Shown here: one piece after another, positions 10,948 to 23,658 of the stretch
Position numbering within the stretch: the stretch's first letter is position 1
Layout of the letters: every line of letters starts with the position of its first letter
Source: Lytechinus pictus
Taxonomy: Eukaryota
Assembly: GCF_037042905.1 (NCBI RefSeq)
Contig: NC_087263.1
Coordinates: 8,680,001 to 8,744,000 of the forward strand
Length of the DNA: 64,000 nt
Direction: 5' to 3'
The notes under the pieces: generated by a model
The model's input: the letters and a program-made list of their open reading frames with translations, nothing else
Databases searched by the model: none
What the model was told of the DNA's origin: nothing
Translations under genes and position numbers: made by a program

Positions 10948-10981
10948 ATCCTGATGAAGGGCATGTGCCCGAAAGCTTGAT
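10948..10981 (+). ncRNA. Minimal type I hammerhead ribozyme motif
   Basis: ATC CTGATGA A GGGCA-TG-TGCCC GAAA GCTT GAT: canonical CUGAUGA and GAAA cores, paired stem II, palindromic AAGCTT stem III, 3-bp stem I. Confidence 0.7.
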
Positions 10982-11081
10982 GAAGACAGGTATTGACATT
11001 GCTACGGCCCTCTCCATACACTTGATCTCGAATATAATTATGAAGGAGACCCGTACACGTACATCGCCAAGATTGATCACA

Positions 11082-11137
<56 letters not shown>

Positions 11138-13129
11138 GTTCTATGCATCTCTTTCTATATTTCCCTTTATCTGTATATATATTTTTGTTCTCTATTTCCA
11201 TCGCCTGCTCCCGATACCACTGGCGGATGTATTTTGCTTGGCAGCTTGTGGCCTCCTCCATTTTATAATCCTACCATCTTATCTTCCATTTTGCTTCCTA
11301 AATCACCATTTCCCTTCTTATTTTCACTATCCTCCCTCTTTTTCTTGTCAAAATCCTTCACAATTTTTAGATTTACCCTCGGACCCCCCCCCCCCTTCTT
11401 ACCCATCTATCACCCCCGCGTACTCTTTTTGTTGGTTTCCACACCTATATTTATCTATATACCTCCGAACATTCCCTGTAACAACCCCAACTACAGTTCT
11501 AAGGCTATATTAACGCATTGATTTAAGTGTGAAATAGGTTTGTAGACTCCATACATGTACATAAAGCTCGCTATGTTCATATCTTCTGCAGATCTAGGCC
11601 CCGTAACGTGAAGATTTACGTGTATGTAAAGTATCAAAGAACGCCACTAACTGATCAATGGCCAGTGTTTGTTTGTTTGTTTTTTTAACAAAGTACGCAT
11701 GCAAAAAAGGTCTTGATTGGTCATTGATATTCAGCGATTGATCGCAAATCTCTGTGTTACGGAGTGTAGATTGGTGTTTCAGAAAGTTGTCCATATATTT
11801 ACGTCCCTCTTTACGCACGACTGGAACGTGTCCTAAGGTGCTAGATCAACGGCATAGGAAGTATTTAGCATAATAAAGAGTCACAAGTCATGTACAAAGC
11901 CCATTGTATAAACTTACAAACAGCTTAAAACATACACATGGATCAGTGCCAAAATAGTTATTAAGTTGCTATTAAAAAAAACTGGACCATATTTTTGGTC
12001 GTAACAAGTAATCCCATTACTCCATTTTAGTAGCCTCTAAAAGTTACAGTTTAACAAGTTTTATGACATACTATCCTGATTAGCGTATTTCTGATTAAAA
12101 AGCCGACAAATCAATATGATGAAGTTGCATTGATGTATGCTCAATATTCTCCTGTTTTTCGTTAGTTTTCTGGGGAGTTTTTGTTTTTGTTTTCTGTACT
12201 GAAAATGTATAATTAATTTGATTATTTTGAATGGCAAAAGAAAATATGAAAAATCATGCGATGTAATTTTTTGTTAAAAACGTGAAATAAATCTGATATA
12301 CTACCGTGTTATTCTCTGAACCAACACAATTCGATTGAAAGGAATTCATTATTAAAATCTTACATGAAACATTTTCTTTAGTAATTGATGTCCCTTTTAG
12401 AAAGAAAAAAATTACATTATGTAATGAGTATTTTGTTATATTCGTTTTACTTAAAAAAAACACCCATGATCATCCGCTCGGGGTTAAAACATTGTGGCAA
12501 TCATTATGTCTCACCTTTTCCTTTTTCCTTCTTTCCATTACGGCTACCGTCCTTCCCCGTTCACCCACTGTACCATATGAAAGCTATTATGACAGCTGGG
12601 TCTAATGGGGCGTGTTGAGAAAGGTGGGAGAGTAAGTAGAAACAGATTCCATTAAATGCGACACAAGGAGTTGATGATGTTTTCAGACATGCTTTCACAT
12701 CGGATTCCCCTGGAGGTTACCCCTCCATGGCAATGGTAACCAATGTTTTTCATTGAATTTACCATCTTATTGACTTCTTTTTATCACCATGAGGCGGAGT
12801 GCTGCCCCCTTTCGATATTCATATTCTCTTCATTGTGTTTTTCCCTCCTGTTTTTTTTTCTTCCCGATTCTTGTCTTGTGTCTGTCTGTCTGTCTGTTCC
12901 TCTCTCTCTCTCTCTTCTCCAACTAATGTGATTATTTCTCTTATAACAGAAACACACGTTAAGAAATGTTTTTTTCACGCGTATGCACCTTTCTGTATCA
13001 CAACCTTACCCCGCCTTTCCTACCCTCATACATACACCCACACCCTCACACACTCTCTCTCTCTCTCTCTCTCTAACATCCTTTCTAAAACCCACACACA
13101 CTCACACTCGTCTGCAGACACCATATTGT

Positions 13130-13159
13130 CACGTGAGCCCTGAGCTATAAAGTCACGTG
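13130..13159 (+). promoter_or_regulatory. Two CACGTG E-boxes flanking TATAAA
   Basis: CACGTG at 13130-13135 and 13154-13159, TATAAA at 13146-13151; ~700 bp upstream of a candidate coding exon. Confidence 0.3.
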
Positions 13160-13860
13160 TTCAGGTTTATTAATCCCTGATATGATCAAAATTTATATGT
13201 GACTTCAAACCGAATGCAAGTTACTAGTAGTCCTACGGGCTAAATTCACACGTTAACAACCACGCTCGCTCATCATCGCAGCCACCCACACATTCACTTG
13301 CGCACACGGACGACCTCACTGCAATAGCCTCCAATATCAGCGATGGCTTACTGCATCAGGTTTCACACGACAATGATTGCGTGATCTTGCCCCGAGTATC
13401 ATGTTCTGTTTGTTCTCTTCGTCCCTTATGTTTTGTCTCACGAGTGTGATTTGAAATGCAGAATACTTGTATTAATTCATCACAGTATGTTACAGCTCCC
13501 TGGTTACAATGTTGACCCACCTTAGAAACATGACACACTTTTTACCAGCTTGTAGCTTATACACGTACACATGATAGAGGGGGGAAGTGCAACACTTCTT
13601 TGTCGGTTTTCCTTAGTATTCCCAATCACAAATTTGGATAAAAGGTATATTTCTTACTTTCTATTTATCTATATCACTCTTTTTCTATCTGGCTACTCCC
13701 TTTTGGCATTTTGTATTAATTACGTGTGTCATCATTAATTAAACATGTACATCAATAAACAAAAGGCAAACACATTTTGTCTATGATTTTAATTATTACG
13801 AAGTGTTCAATTTCCAAACTATTCCTTTTTTTACAATGAATACATATTTTTTAATTTCAG

Positions 13861-13962
13861 AAGCACCCGTGATCAAGATGGCAAATAAACAAGCTACATC
13901 GCTCATTGAGGAAGCAAAGCGCGCCATCAACGACCAGGTGACAAAGAGGCAGGCAACAACAG
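13861..13962 (+). CDS. Candidate exon of an unidentified host gene (MANKQATSLIEEAKRAINDQVTKRQATT)
   Basis: Acceptor ttttaatttcag|, ATG at 13878 in AAGATGG context, donor CAG|gtacac; GC-richer than its flanks. Downstream exons were not found. Confidence 0.5.
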
Positions 13963-16350
13963 GTACACTAATACATTGTCGATTTACTGTTTTCCCTTTA
14001 TATGGTTCGCTTCTTGTACGTGAAAAGTGTTAACAATCATCTTAAAGGTTCCTTGTCGACCCATTTCCACTGCGAACAGTCACTCTTTTGGTGAAGAAAG
14101 GGTTCCTTTTTTTAAAGACGTGTTTCCCTGTAAGCAGCCAGAGGACTGTCCGGTAATGCAAAATGAAAAAGGGCTTAAAGAGGGATTGAAAATGAATGAA
14201 GGTGGCCCACCGAATGCCGAAACAGGTAAAAAGGTTGAAAAAACCTACATGTATACGTATGCATTATCCATTCTATGATAAATACCATGATTATGTTTAT
14301 GGTAATCCATCGAAAGATTATTTCCCCATTGGTTGCAAAACCTCATTCTTTGACACATCCCGTGGATAATCCAACTATATCTGCTCTTTAATTACCGATC
14401 CCAACCATCACCTTCTCATCGCCCTCTTTTATTCTTGTCAGAACGCACATCTGATAGTTATATCCAATCTGACTTTCTGTATAATGAAGAATATGTTTGT
14501 ATAGTTGCTTGTTATTGAAAAAAGGGTTTCTAATGAAAGAGCAAGTGGCGCTGTACGTTAATTACGGGGACCTATCGATTTCATATCGTGGGCGGTAGTA
14601 CATGAATCGATCGTGTGTTATTAACCGTGTAGTGGTATGGTACTATTATTAGCCCCCGGGAAGAGTTACATGTTAACACAATTAGACATGTGTCAGTTAA
14701 ATCAATATTAAACCGGGATACAGCAATAACAACCAGGTAACTATGTTTTCATGCGCTTCATAATGTCATTTCTAATAACGAAATGCAAACATTTGAATCG
14801 ATTTGAAATATGGGCATTGGTATGTCGACAATATTACTCCCAAGAAAAGAAAAGGTTTGCAGTAATACAAAGTGAAGAATCATCATCGGCAACGTGGATT
14901 TTTTTTAGTGTGCGAACGCCAGAAATTTTTGAAAATATATCTAGATATGTATATTTCAAAGCAAATTGACATAACTATTTCTGGGGGGGGGGGGGGCTAT
15001 CGATGGATATCCATGCATCACTTGGAAGTCCAAACAAGGATTGAAATTTATCCTTGGAATTTAGTGGTCAGGTACATCGGTTTCAACCCGGACTAATCGG
15101 GGTATGTTATTGATTATGTCTAGCGTAAAGGGATAGAGCAGTAAGATGAATTTTAAAACCCGACCTGATTATTCGTCACAAGTGCGAAACTAACAAACAA
15201 AATCACATACCAAGCGAAACAAATAAACGAGCCATTCGTACAACACATGAACATTTCCAATGCGATCTCGAATATGAGAGAACCAATTTCCGGAGCCTGC
15301 TATTTTTATCTGATATTTAGAGAAGGATGCTAACTGTTATTACATCGCTTCCACTTACCTAAAAGAGAGACATTTCACGCAAGCCATCGATATAAGATCA
15401 CCAAAATGAGGATCTTTAGATGTAAAAGCCCTGACATTTCCAAACAAAGCACAGCGATTCTAAAGGCGGATAGAACTTGGATGCAAATTTAATATTTTCT
15501 CATCTCTTCAATCATGGTAATGTAATGAGACATTTGACTTTGCAAGACATACATTGTGGAGTTGTTTGGTTGTGATTTAGGATAAGTTGGATGTATACAA
15601 TGGGACTGAACTGGTTTGAAATGTCAACATAATTACTTTTTTGTGTGGATCTAGAACTTAATTTAAGTTAATATCATGTGGCATTATGTGATGGTAAAAA
15701 ACATCCTAAGACCTTTTTCTTATTTTAGAATAAAATAAAACTGATACAGAAAAAGAAAAAAATATACATGTCTTCAGTTATAGCGCAGAATGCCATGTGC
15801 AAACGAGGGATTTCATGTCCTCAATAATAATACAAAAATAAAACCATGTAAATTTGAATCCCAATCTCGTAACTGTAATGCGTGGCAGTCATCCTTATTT
15901 TTGCATGTCAATTGCCTTGCACTCTCCTAACAAGGAGACACTGTGATCAGTTACTGCATAAGATTTCTTCATTGACCTGTTTTAACGTTCTGAGCCATTG
16001 GTAATTGCCCCTTTTAATATATGACGAATTTCCGCTTTCCATTCTGATACGACCATTTTAACTAACTGATCACCGAGATCGTAATTGAATTGAATCGCCA
16101 TGTTCCCCTCGACAGCCCGATGTATAATGCGTGCCACCGATCACGCTGTGATAACAAGATGCAGCCGAACAACTATAAGTCGAGCTTGAACATGATGGAG
16201 TTTAGAATTAGGGTTGACAGGTGAATACATGCATTGGTAAGTGCACGGTGCATTTGAAATATAAGGTTCAAGACATCAATGATTATGGCAGATATCTTTA
16301 TTTTCACGTCTATTCTGACCATGCCGACATGTCCCGTTTATTGTTAAAAA

Positions 16351-16624
16351 AATAATATAATAATGATTATGAGACGCCGATGTATTTCTAGCTTCCTATT
16401 CAATAGCGCACTTCATATTACCCCTGCTGTAGCTCCAGCTGCTAAAGGCGCTTGGTGCATTGAAGGAATTAATCCTGCCGGGTACCCATTCACCTCATCT
16501 GGGTTGAGTGCAGCACAATGTGAACAGATTTCTTGCTGGAGGAAAACACGACGTGGCTGAGATTCGTACCCACGTCGCTCTCATTGAAAGACGAGATTCG
16601 TAACCACTAGACCACGACGCCCCC
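16351..16624 (-). mobile_element. tRNA-derived SINE
   Basis: Head GGGGCGTCGTGGTCTAGTGG...GGGTACGAATC, central ACCCAGATGAGGTGAATGGGTACC motif, (TTA)n-like tail. Confidence 0.8.
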
Positions 16625-19071
16625 ACGTATCAAAAGATTATTATTTTCATTCATTAAGTATTACAAACAATAACTAACAATGACATAAACAAATTAACTG
16701 ATAATTTTTTCCTGTCAGTATATGCACCAGTAATCAAGCCTCAGTAGTTTGAAAAGAACTAAGATTTCCAAAATTCTACCTCTGATTTTCGTATTATATG
16801 ATGATGAGAGGTATAAAAATGAGTTGATGGCCTGCCGTCAATTACTAACAATGTTTTATCGGTACACCTGTGGAAAAACATTAAACGCATACACAAATTC
16901 TACCCTCCACACATACCCACACACCTATACAACGTGTTTTCTCCGCACAATAACCTAGTTCTCTTTCTGTATATACGATTTTCACTATAAACGGTTGCAC
17001 TGGAAATATAATAATGGGAGCGCAAGCCACTATAAAATCAGTGGTCGAATCATTGGCTGTCACGATATTTGTAAAACTATACTGAACGTCATATATTATT
17101 CACTCCGAAAATTGATGAAGGGTCTATTTTGCACTTAAATGGAAATGGATATCTTTTCAAACATTCAGCATGTAAAGCGATTTTTTTTCAAAATTGAAAC
17201 TGCTTGATACTTATCATATCACTTGTTCTCCAACAACGACGCCAAAATCATCAAATTTTTCGTGAGCGTTGTTGCAGCGAGATAGGTGCATGTGGACTTT
17301 TATGTGCAAGAAGTGGAATGTCAAATCAATCTAGACTTTACGATTTCAAGATGGGAGCCCTCTTCGTTCAGAATCGTACAGTCAAAATACACCACCATTT
17401 CAACCCACTAAAAGAAAAAAAGAAGTACATCTCTATTAATCCAAGATAGTGATTATTATATCTGGTTGATCTGGGAGGCTTTTAATTTGTTGTTTACAAA
17501 AAATTTTGTCAAAATCTTTTTTTTTTGGCCTGTTCAATATCCCTTTTAATCCGAAAACCAAAGTTTTTCCTGCCCATTTTTAATGACTGTTTCTTGGACC
17601 GCGTTATGGTAAAAATACTTCTCTACTATATTCTATCACATCTTTTATACTCCAACCTCTTCTTCCACGTCTAATCTGTCAAAAAAAAAACCGCTCTTAA
17701 AAACCAACGTTTTTCTTATACGATCTTTGGTACGTTAGCATACGAGACAGGCGGTTATACACTAGGATCATCAATGATAGTTAGGGCAAACATGCATGGT
17801 GATTAATTATTGGCTGACATAATGCTCTCGCATATCAAGAACCCCGAGGCAAAGCTGATAAATTTGGCAATTTTAGATTAAAACACTGGGCCTCTTCCTT
17901 CTAATTCCGGCATCGCACTCCATTACACTTGTACTTAAATATAATTGCCCTAATAAATTGGTTTTTATAGGAAAACGGACCGTGTGATCTTAACATGTAA
18001 TAAGAAAAATATACCTGACAATTTAGAAATGAACTAGGTGTTTAATTAAAACAACTTTCCATGTTAAAGTTTTGTCATGTTTCTTGCGTCGTGCTCGGAC
18101 CTGTTCTACTTTGATGGGATCTTATTAAAGAATACAAATCTAGTCTTATAAACTTGATATCTGAACTGTGTTTGCCAATGTACTGTTTTGCGAAAGCATT
18201 TAAGATTTTGAATTCCGGGCACGGCTCTCCTTGTCCTCCTTCAAACAGAAAATGGGGATTGGGCTTATTAGGAAATCAAGTCAGGCAAATTCGTTTACAT
18301 TGCAACACACACAATATCGCCCAGGCGTATACTGACGTAATTGAAGCCCATCGAGAATTCAGCACATCACTCATCTCAGTCCCACCCGCCGAATTTGGTG
18401 TATTGATCTTCCGTCAAGTCATGTTTATAGTCCATGGAAAACACATTACATTTGACTGTGCCCCCAAAACAGTCTCATCCCGGGAAGCTGTGAGATTAAA
18501 ATTCCAAGATAAATACCCCTTTCAGAAGACATTACGTTTTCGATTTGTGAGATTTCCTTGTAAAATAGAAACGAACAAAGACATGGAGATTTTGATGAAA
18601 CATTAAAGTACATAAGCCAACAACAACAGCATAAAAACAGTGTTATGTATGCAAGCATATGGAAAGATACCATTTTATGAAATTTAAAGCGCCAAGGATA
18701 AAGAACATTGTATTCTTTCAAAATAATATTAAAGCGAAAAATATTGAAATTTGATTATTACATTGACGGATACAATAATCATCGCTTCTTCCTTGAAAAA
18801 AGTTTATAAAAATTTATAGAAAACGTTAGGATATTTCCAAAATGTTCATTAATAATGAAAAACCTTCTCTGAAAATCATTTTGCAAACTTGTTGCAGTTT
18901 CTGTGAAAAGGGGAATAAAGCAAAACCCACACCCACATAACCACCCACTCGCACCCCCTCCCCTCCTACACACATACAGAGTATTTGAGTGGATGAGCGT
19001 AAAAGAGAACATACAACACGGGATAGAGTATCAGAGGGATGGGCAAGGATGAAGAAAAACGCGGAGGGATA

Positions 19072-19208
19072 TATGGGCTCGTTTCAGAAAAATTTCCAAT
19101 AACAGTTAAACGCTACCGAAATTCTCCAATCTGATTGGCTGATAGTAAGCTTGTTATAGAAACTGTGCATTTGTTATTATAACACGTCTTTATGAAACAG
19201 GACCCATA
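19072..19208. mobile_element. Short MITE
   Basis: TIRs tatgggctcgtttcagaaa / tttatgaaacaggacccata. Confidence 0.55.
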
Positions 19209-20373
19209 AGTTCATATCTACTGTAGATGAAAACCTGAGAAAATATTTCTTTTGGGACACGACCGGAGACGGAGGAAAGAGGAAGAAGTAAGATATATGT
19301 ACATCAGAGTATTGTAAGAAATCCAGGAGGAAAAAAAGTATAACGATAAGGAGGGAAAGGGAGAGAGAGAAAGAGAGAGAGGGAGGGATATTGAGAGAGC
19401 TCAACTTACACACTAGTTTGTTATTAAGACAATTCACTCACACGAGTGCCTCAGGGTAGCTTAGCTTTCACCTGCGATATTTTTTAAGCTTTCTCTTCAT
19501 GCCCACATCCAGGGATGTTCTATCCCTCTCGCATGTTCCTTAATATTCGCTTTATATCCATTGCATTGATGTTTGAGGCACCTTACTTCTCTCAAACTCC
19601 CACCATTCCCCATCTCTCTCTCTCTCTTTATTTCTCTCCCTATCCCTTGTTTTCACTTTTCAACCAATGTTCGGTGAACTGAAGTTAAAGGTTGGAAAAG
19701 GAGGGGTCTAGAGGGTAGTCCCATTATGTCGCTTGATTGATCTTAATGTTTTAATGTGGGGACACAGAATCCAGACCTAACCCCTACGTATCTCTCAAAT
19801 CTGACGCGCGCGCACACTTGGAGATAAAAAAAGATAACATTTGCATGCGGGACTCGCAGGAGTCACATCTTTCGCAAATTCGCCCACATTTCCCCCTTGC
19901 CTACAAAGTTGTCCACCTTGCGTTCGTGCGTTGTGTGTCACGCGTGACATTTGTTTCACCACACTGAGTATCTAGTCTACTTTTCTAACATTAGCTTCCT
20001 TTACCATGTTTACAGTTGACGGCATTTCCCATTGGTATTTCATTCCTTCCAACCCAACATCAGGAAGATATTATTGTTCTAGAACACCCGATAAAGTTCA
20101 ACTGATGTAACCTCTACATTGCACTCTATTCCCCCGTAAGCATGTTAAGGATAAGAAGTGCAAACATAATATCTCGCTAAAACTGTTTTGCTATGTCAGA
20201 CTTGATGGTTAATCCGAATAATATGTAATCCTTTTTTCATGCAAGCGGGAAGGATGAAACTTAATAGGATGAAACTTCAATTATTTCGTGCTTGATATAC
20301 CATTACTGACATATAGCCGATTAGAATATAGTGCCAATTGATATTCACATTTATCGAATAATATCCTTTTATA

Positions 20374-20539
20374 TACTGTAAAAAATGAAGTGCTAATTTA
20401 GCACTTACTGTGCTTGTACAGTGACTGCACTACGAGTGCTGATTTTCCAGTTTAAATTTGAACTAGAAAATCAGCACTCGTAGTGCAGTCACTATACAAA
20501 CACTGTAAGTGCTAAATTAGCACTTCATTTTTTACAGTG
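20374..20539. mobile_element. Fully palindromic MITE (CACTG ends, TA flanks; EnSpm/CMC-like)
   Basis: actgtaaaaaatgaagtgctaatttagcactta... mirrored end to end; second copy at 31149-31315. Confidence 0.85.
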
Positions 20540-20684
20540 TAAAATACCCCGTGGAGAATGAGGTGAGGGCTGAGATCAATGTGAAAATATTGGCCACTCT
20601 TCGATCTGATCTGAGTCAATATCAACTGCTTCATCATTAGCTGTTAGTATTTTTAATACCATGTTCGTAGTATTGCTTTTCAAA

Positions 20685-21195
20685 GGGCCTTTTCACACGT
20701 GAATCTTGAATCATCATTGTAATGATGATTGTTATTGTGACTGTGATTAGCGTTCGTGATTCTAATCATGTTGTAGTTTGTTTTCACACGTGCTGATTAA
20801 TTCTCATTAGCCGTATTTTTCACTGGAATCATTCAAATTACGATTTTTTTTCCGTGTGAAAGGGCGGATAGTTGCTTTGATTCGGAAGTGTTAGGAAGGC
20901 ACTGCTTGTTAAAAGATACTGATGACACATTTTAAATGGTAATAACTGGAGTTTTTCTAACCCCCCCCCCCCCCCGTTTATTGAATGTGACCCATTACTA
21001 ACCGCCCTTTCACACGGTTTAAAAAAATCATAATTTGAATGATGATCCCAGTGTAAAATAAGGCTAATGACGAATATTTAGCACGTGTGAAATCAAACTA
21101 GAACATGATTAGAATCGCGAACGCTAATCACAGTCACGATTACAATAGAAATCATCATTACAACGATGATTCAAGATTCACGTGTGAAAAGGCCC
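20685..21195. mobile_element. MITE with ~180-bp TIRs (PIF/Harbinger-like ends)
   Basis: gggccttttcacacgtgaatcttgaatcatc ... gatgattcaagattcacgtgtgaaaaggccc; arms continue to ~20867 and from ~21001. Confidence 0.85.
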
Positions 21196-22144
21196 TAGAG
21201 TTTCTTTATATCCGAATCCTGTTAAAACTGCTTTGTTCAGACATTTGGGGCAAAATACACGGCTACTATTTTCTCTGTACTTTTTCCTAGCTAGTGAAGC
21301 CGGTCACTAGTCGCCCTCGTTCTTATATAACATTCACTAATCTTAGAAAAGATCAAGAGCCTATTAAAGTGGGTGAGATGATGTCTCTAGGCAATTGCTA
21401 ACTTGAGCGGATATCCACCAATCATCGACGCGAATGATAATAATGTTTACTTATCAGTTAATAATGGTAATTTCCCCACATTTGGTACGTAGAATTCTCC
21501 TGATCCCTTTAGCTGGAAAACGAATAACATCTTCACGGCACCCATATGAGGCTTGCACTTACCTGGTAATTTAAGAAGCTTCATTCTTTAAGTACCTGTA
21601 GGGAATTTCCCTTTGACCAGTGGGATACTTAACCCGATAGTGTTTTTTTTTTTCGTAACGGAGTACGGAAAATTGTTTTGTTTCTTTCTTGTATTTATTT
21701 TTATTTTTAGGGATGATATGAAAAAACTAATATACCTATTTTCACTCGGAGATTGGGAGTTGATCAGACAAAATTATTATCTACTTAAAATGGTTGATGT
21801 TATACTGTGTCATTAGCCACAGTAAAAAATAATGAGCTAATTTTTTTCACACATTAGTCTTAGTCTTAAAATGGAATTTCGATTACGTATGAAATTTATT
21901 ATTTTGTTTTTATGGGGGGAAGGGGGAATATTTCAATGGAGTAAAAAATAAAAGACGGTATATCTTTATTAGGATCAGCTTGGTCAAGGCAAGCATGTTT
22001 GTTTGTCGATTGTGCTTGTCAAGTATCTTTTAACCTATTTTTAAAAAGCATTTTCATATTTAAAGCAGCTTCTTATTGTGCTCCAACAAAAGATGATTTA
22101 CGACTCAAAATGTATCTATGTATTTAATTTAATTTCGATGACAA

Positions 22145-22490
22145 TAGAGTACCGAAGTGTGGCGTCATCAATTATCCCTTTTTGCATATCAGCGTTTTTA
22201 TACCAGATTTTAGTAGGGCATGATGAAGAAGAAAAAAAAACACAACCCAAATTTGGTGGGAATCGATCCATGGGGGGAGGGGGGCTTACATATGACCTCA
22301 TGAATACATAATTAGCCCCATTGAAGTCAATGTATTCATGAGGTCATATCTTGGGGCCCATGGACCAATTCCCACCAAATTTGGGTTGTGAGGTTTTTTC
22401 AACATGCTCTACCAAAATATGGTATAAAAAAACGCTGAAATGCTTAAAAAAAAGAAGTTTTTTTGGTGACGTCATCATTTCGGTACTCTA
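22145..22490. mobile_element. Palindromic MITE
   Basis: tagagtaccgaa ... ttcggtactcta; inner arms acaacccaaatttggtgggaat / attcccaccaaatttgggttgt. A decayed relative lies at ~52719-52960. Confidence 0.8.
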
Positions 22491-23385
22491 TGACACCAGT
22501 AAAAAAGAAAAAGAAAGTTTAACAATGGTGATAACAACAATGGAAAATAATGATGCTTGTAATGATGACAGCGATACTTTTTAGTAATAAAAATGACCAT
22601 AGATATATCTAAATCAATAAATCATGCGAAGCAATTTAAAACGCATTTGTTAAACCTTATATTTAACATTTTTTTTAATCATTGTAAATTGTTAGACGGA
22701 CAAAATTGATATCAGGGCAAGTCCGTTAAAATGTTCTTTTTGAGAAAAAAATGGAATAGATATGTATTGTCGCCTTTTCTCTTCCCTTTTCCCTCTTGAA
22801 TTCCCCAAGTGGTCCTCCCACATATTCCCATTACCCACTAATGTACACCCACACTAGTTCTTACGCTATGCATTCTAAAACTTTTATATTGATCTGAAAG
22901 AAAAGCCAGACAATCTATTAATGATAATGATCATTAAAAGTAGCTATCTGGGTCAGTATAAAGTAGGGTACATGGCTCGGGATTTGCGCCAATATGTGAA
23001 CCAACCTGCAAGCTACTAAAAAGGTCTCCCCACATTCCTTCTTGGCAATCTTAAACCGCAAGGGAAAATTATATTGCGTGGCTTATCTAAGCTATTTGAT
23101 TATCGGCTCGACGTCAACCCAACATAACATTTTTTTTTTACATTTATTGTTCAGTAAATGGTTCAAGGGATGATGAGTTAAAAAAGATATCGTCATCTAA
23201 CTGAACTTTAAGCGAATGATAAGTATAAGACTGGATTGTGAATCATCTTAGCCAAAGTTCCCTTTTATTTAGATAGGACCAGTTACATATAAAGGGGAAT
23301 GTTGCCTAGTGAGTCTCAAGTACTTATCAATTATGATGTATGTCACACTTGTCAACTGGCATCTCCCGATTATAAACCACATCCT

Positions 23386-23658
23386 GGGGCCCGTATTACA
23401 AAGAGTTGCGATTGATCCGATCAATCACAACTATGGACGGCCAGCAACATCAACATCCATTATGCACGTCTGTTCAAAATAATTTCTAGCTTTGGTGTAT
23501 ATGCATGCATTCAGTGTTTTCTTGAAAATTCACTGCGCTTCTCTTTGTTTACGAAGGACATTGTGCAAATTTCATGTAGAGAAAATTATGACCCTGATGG
23601 ATTTCCATAGAGTTACGATTGATTGGATCGATCGTAACTCTTTGTAAGACGGGGCCCC
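23386..23658. mobile_element. MITE, PIF/Harbinger-like
   Basis: ggggcccgtattacaaagagttgcgattgatccgatcaatc ... gattggatcgatcgtaactctttgtaagacggggcccc. Confidence 0.8.

Larger units (their letters stand above)
10755..11084. mobile_element. Penelope-like element remnant B: spacer-less ~280-bp palindrome in (TA)n
   Basis: Palindrome 10755-11036 centred at 10895/10896 with one visible mismatch, ~48-bp one-sided tail, (TA)n on both sides, hammerhead in each arm. Confidence 0.8.

Noticed and set aside
10914-11521. ORFs of 115-182 aa
   Set aside because: They read through (TA)n and pyrimidine-rich low-complexity sequence.
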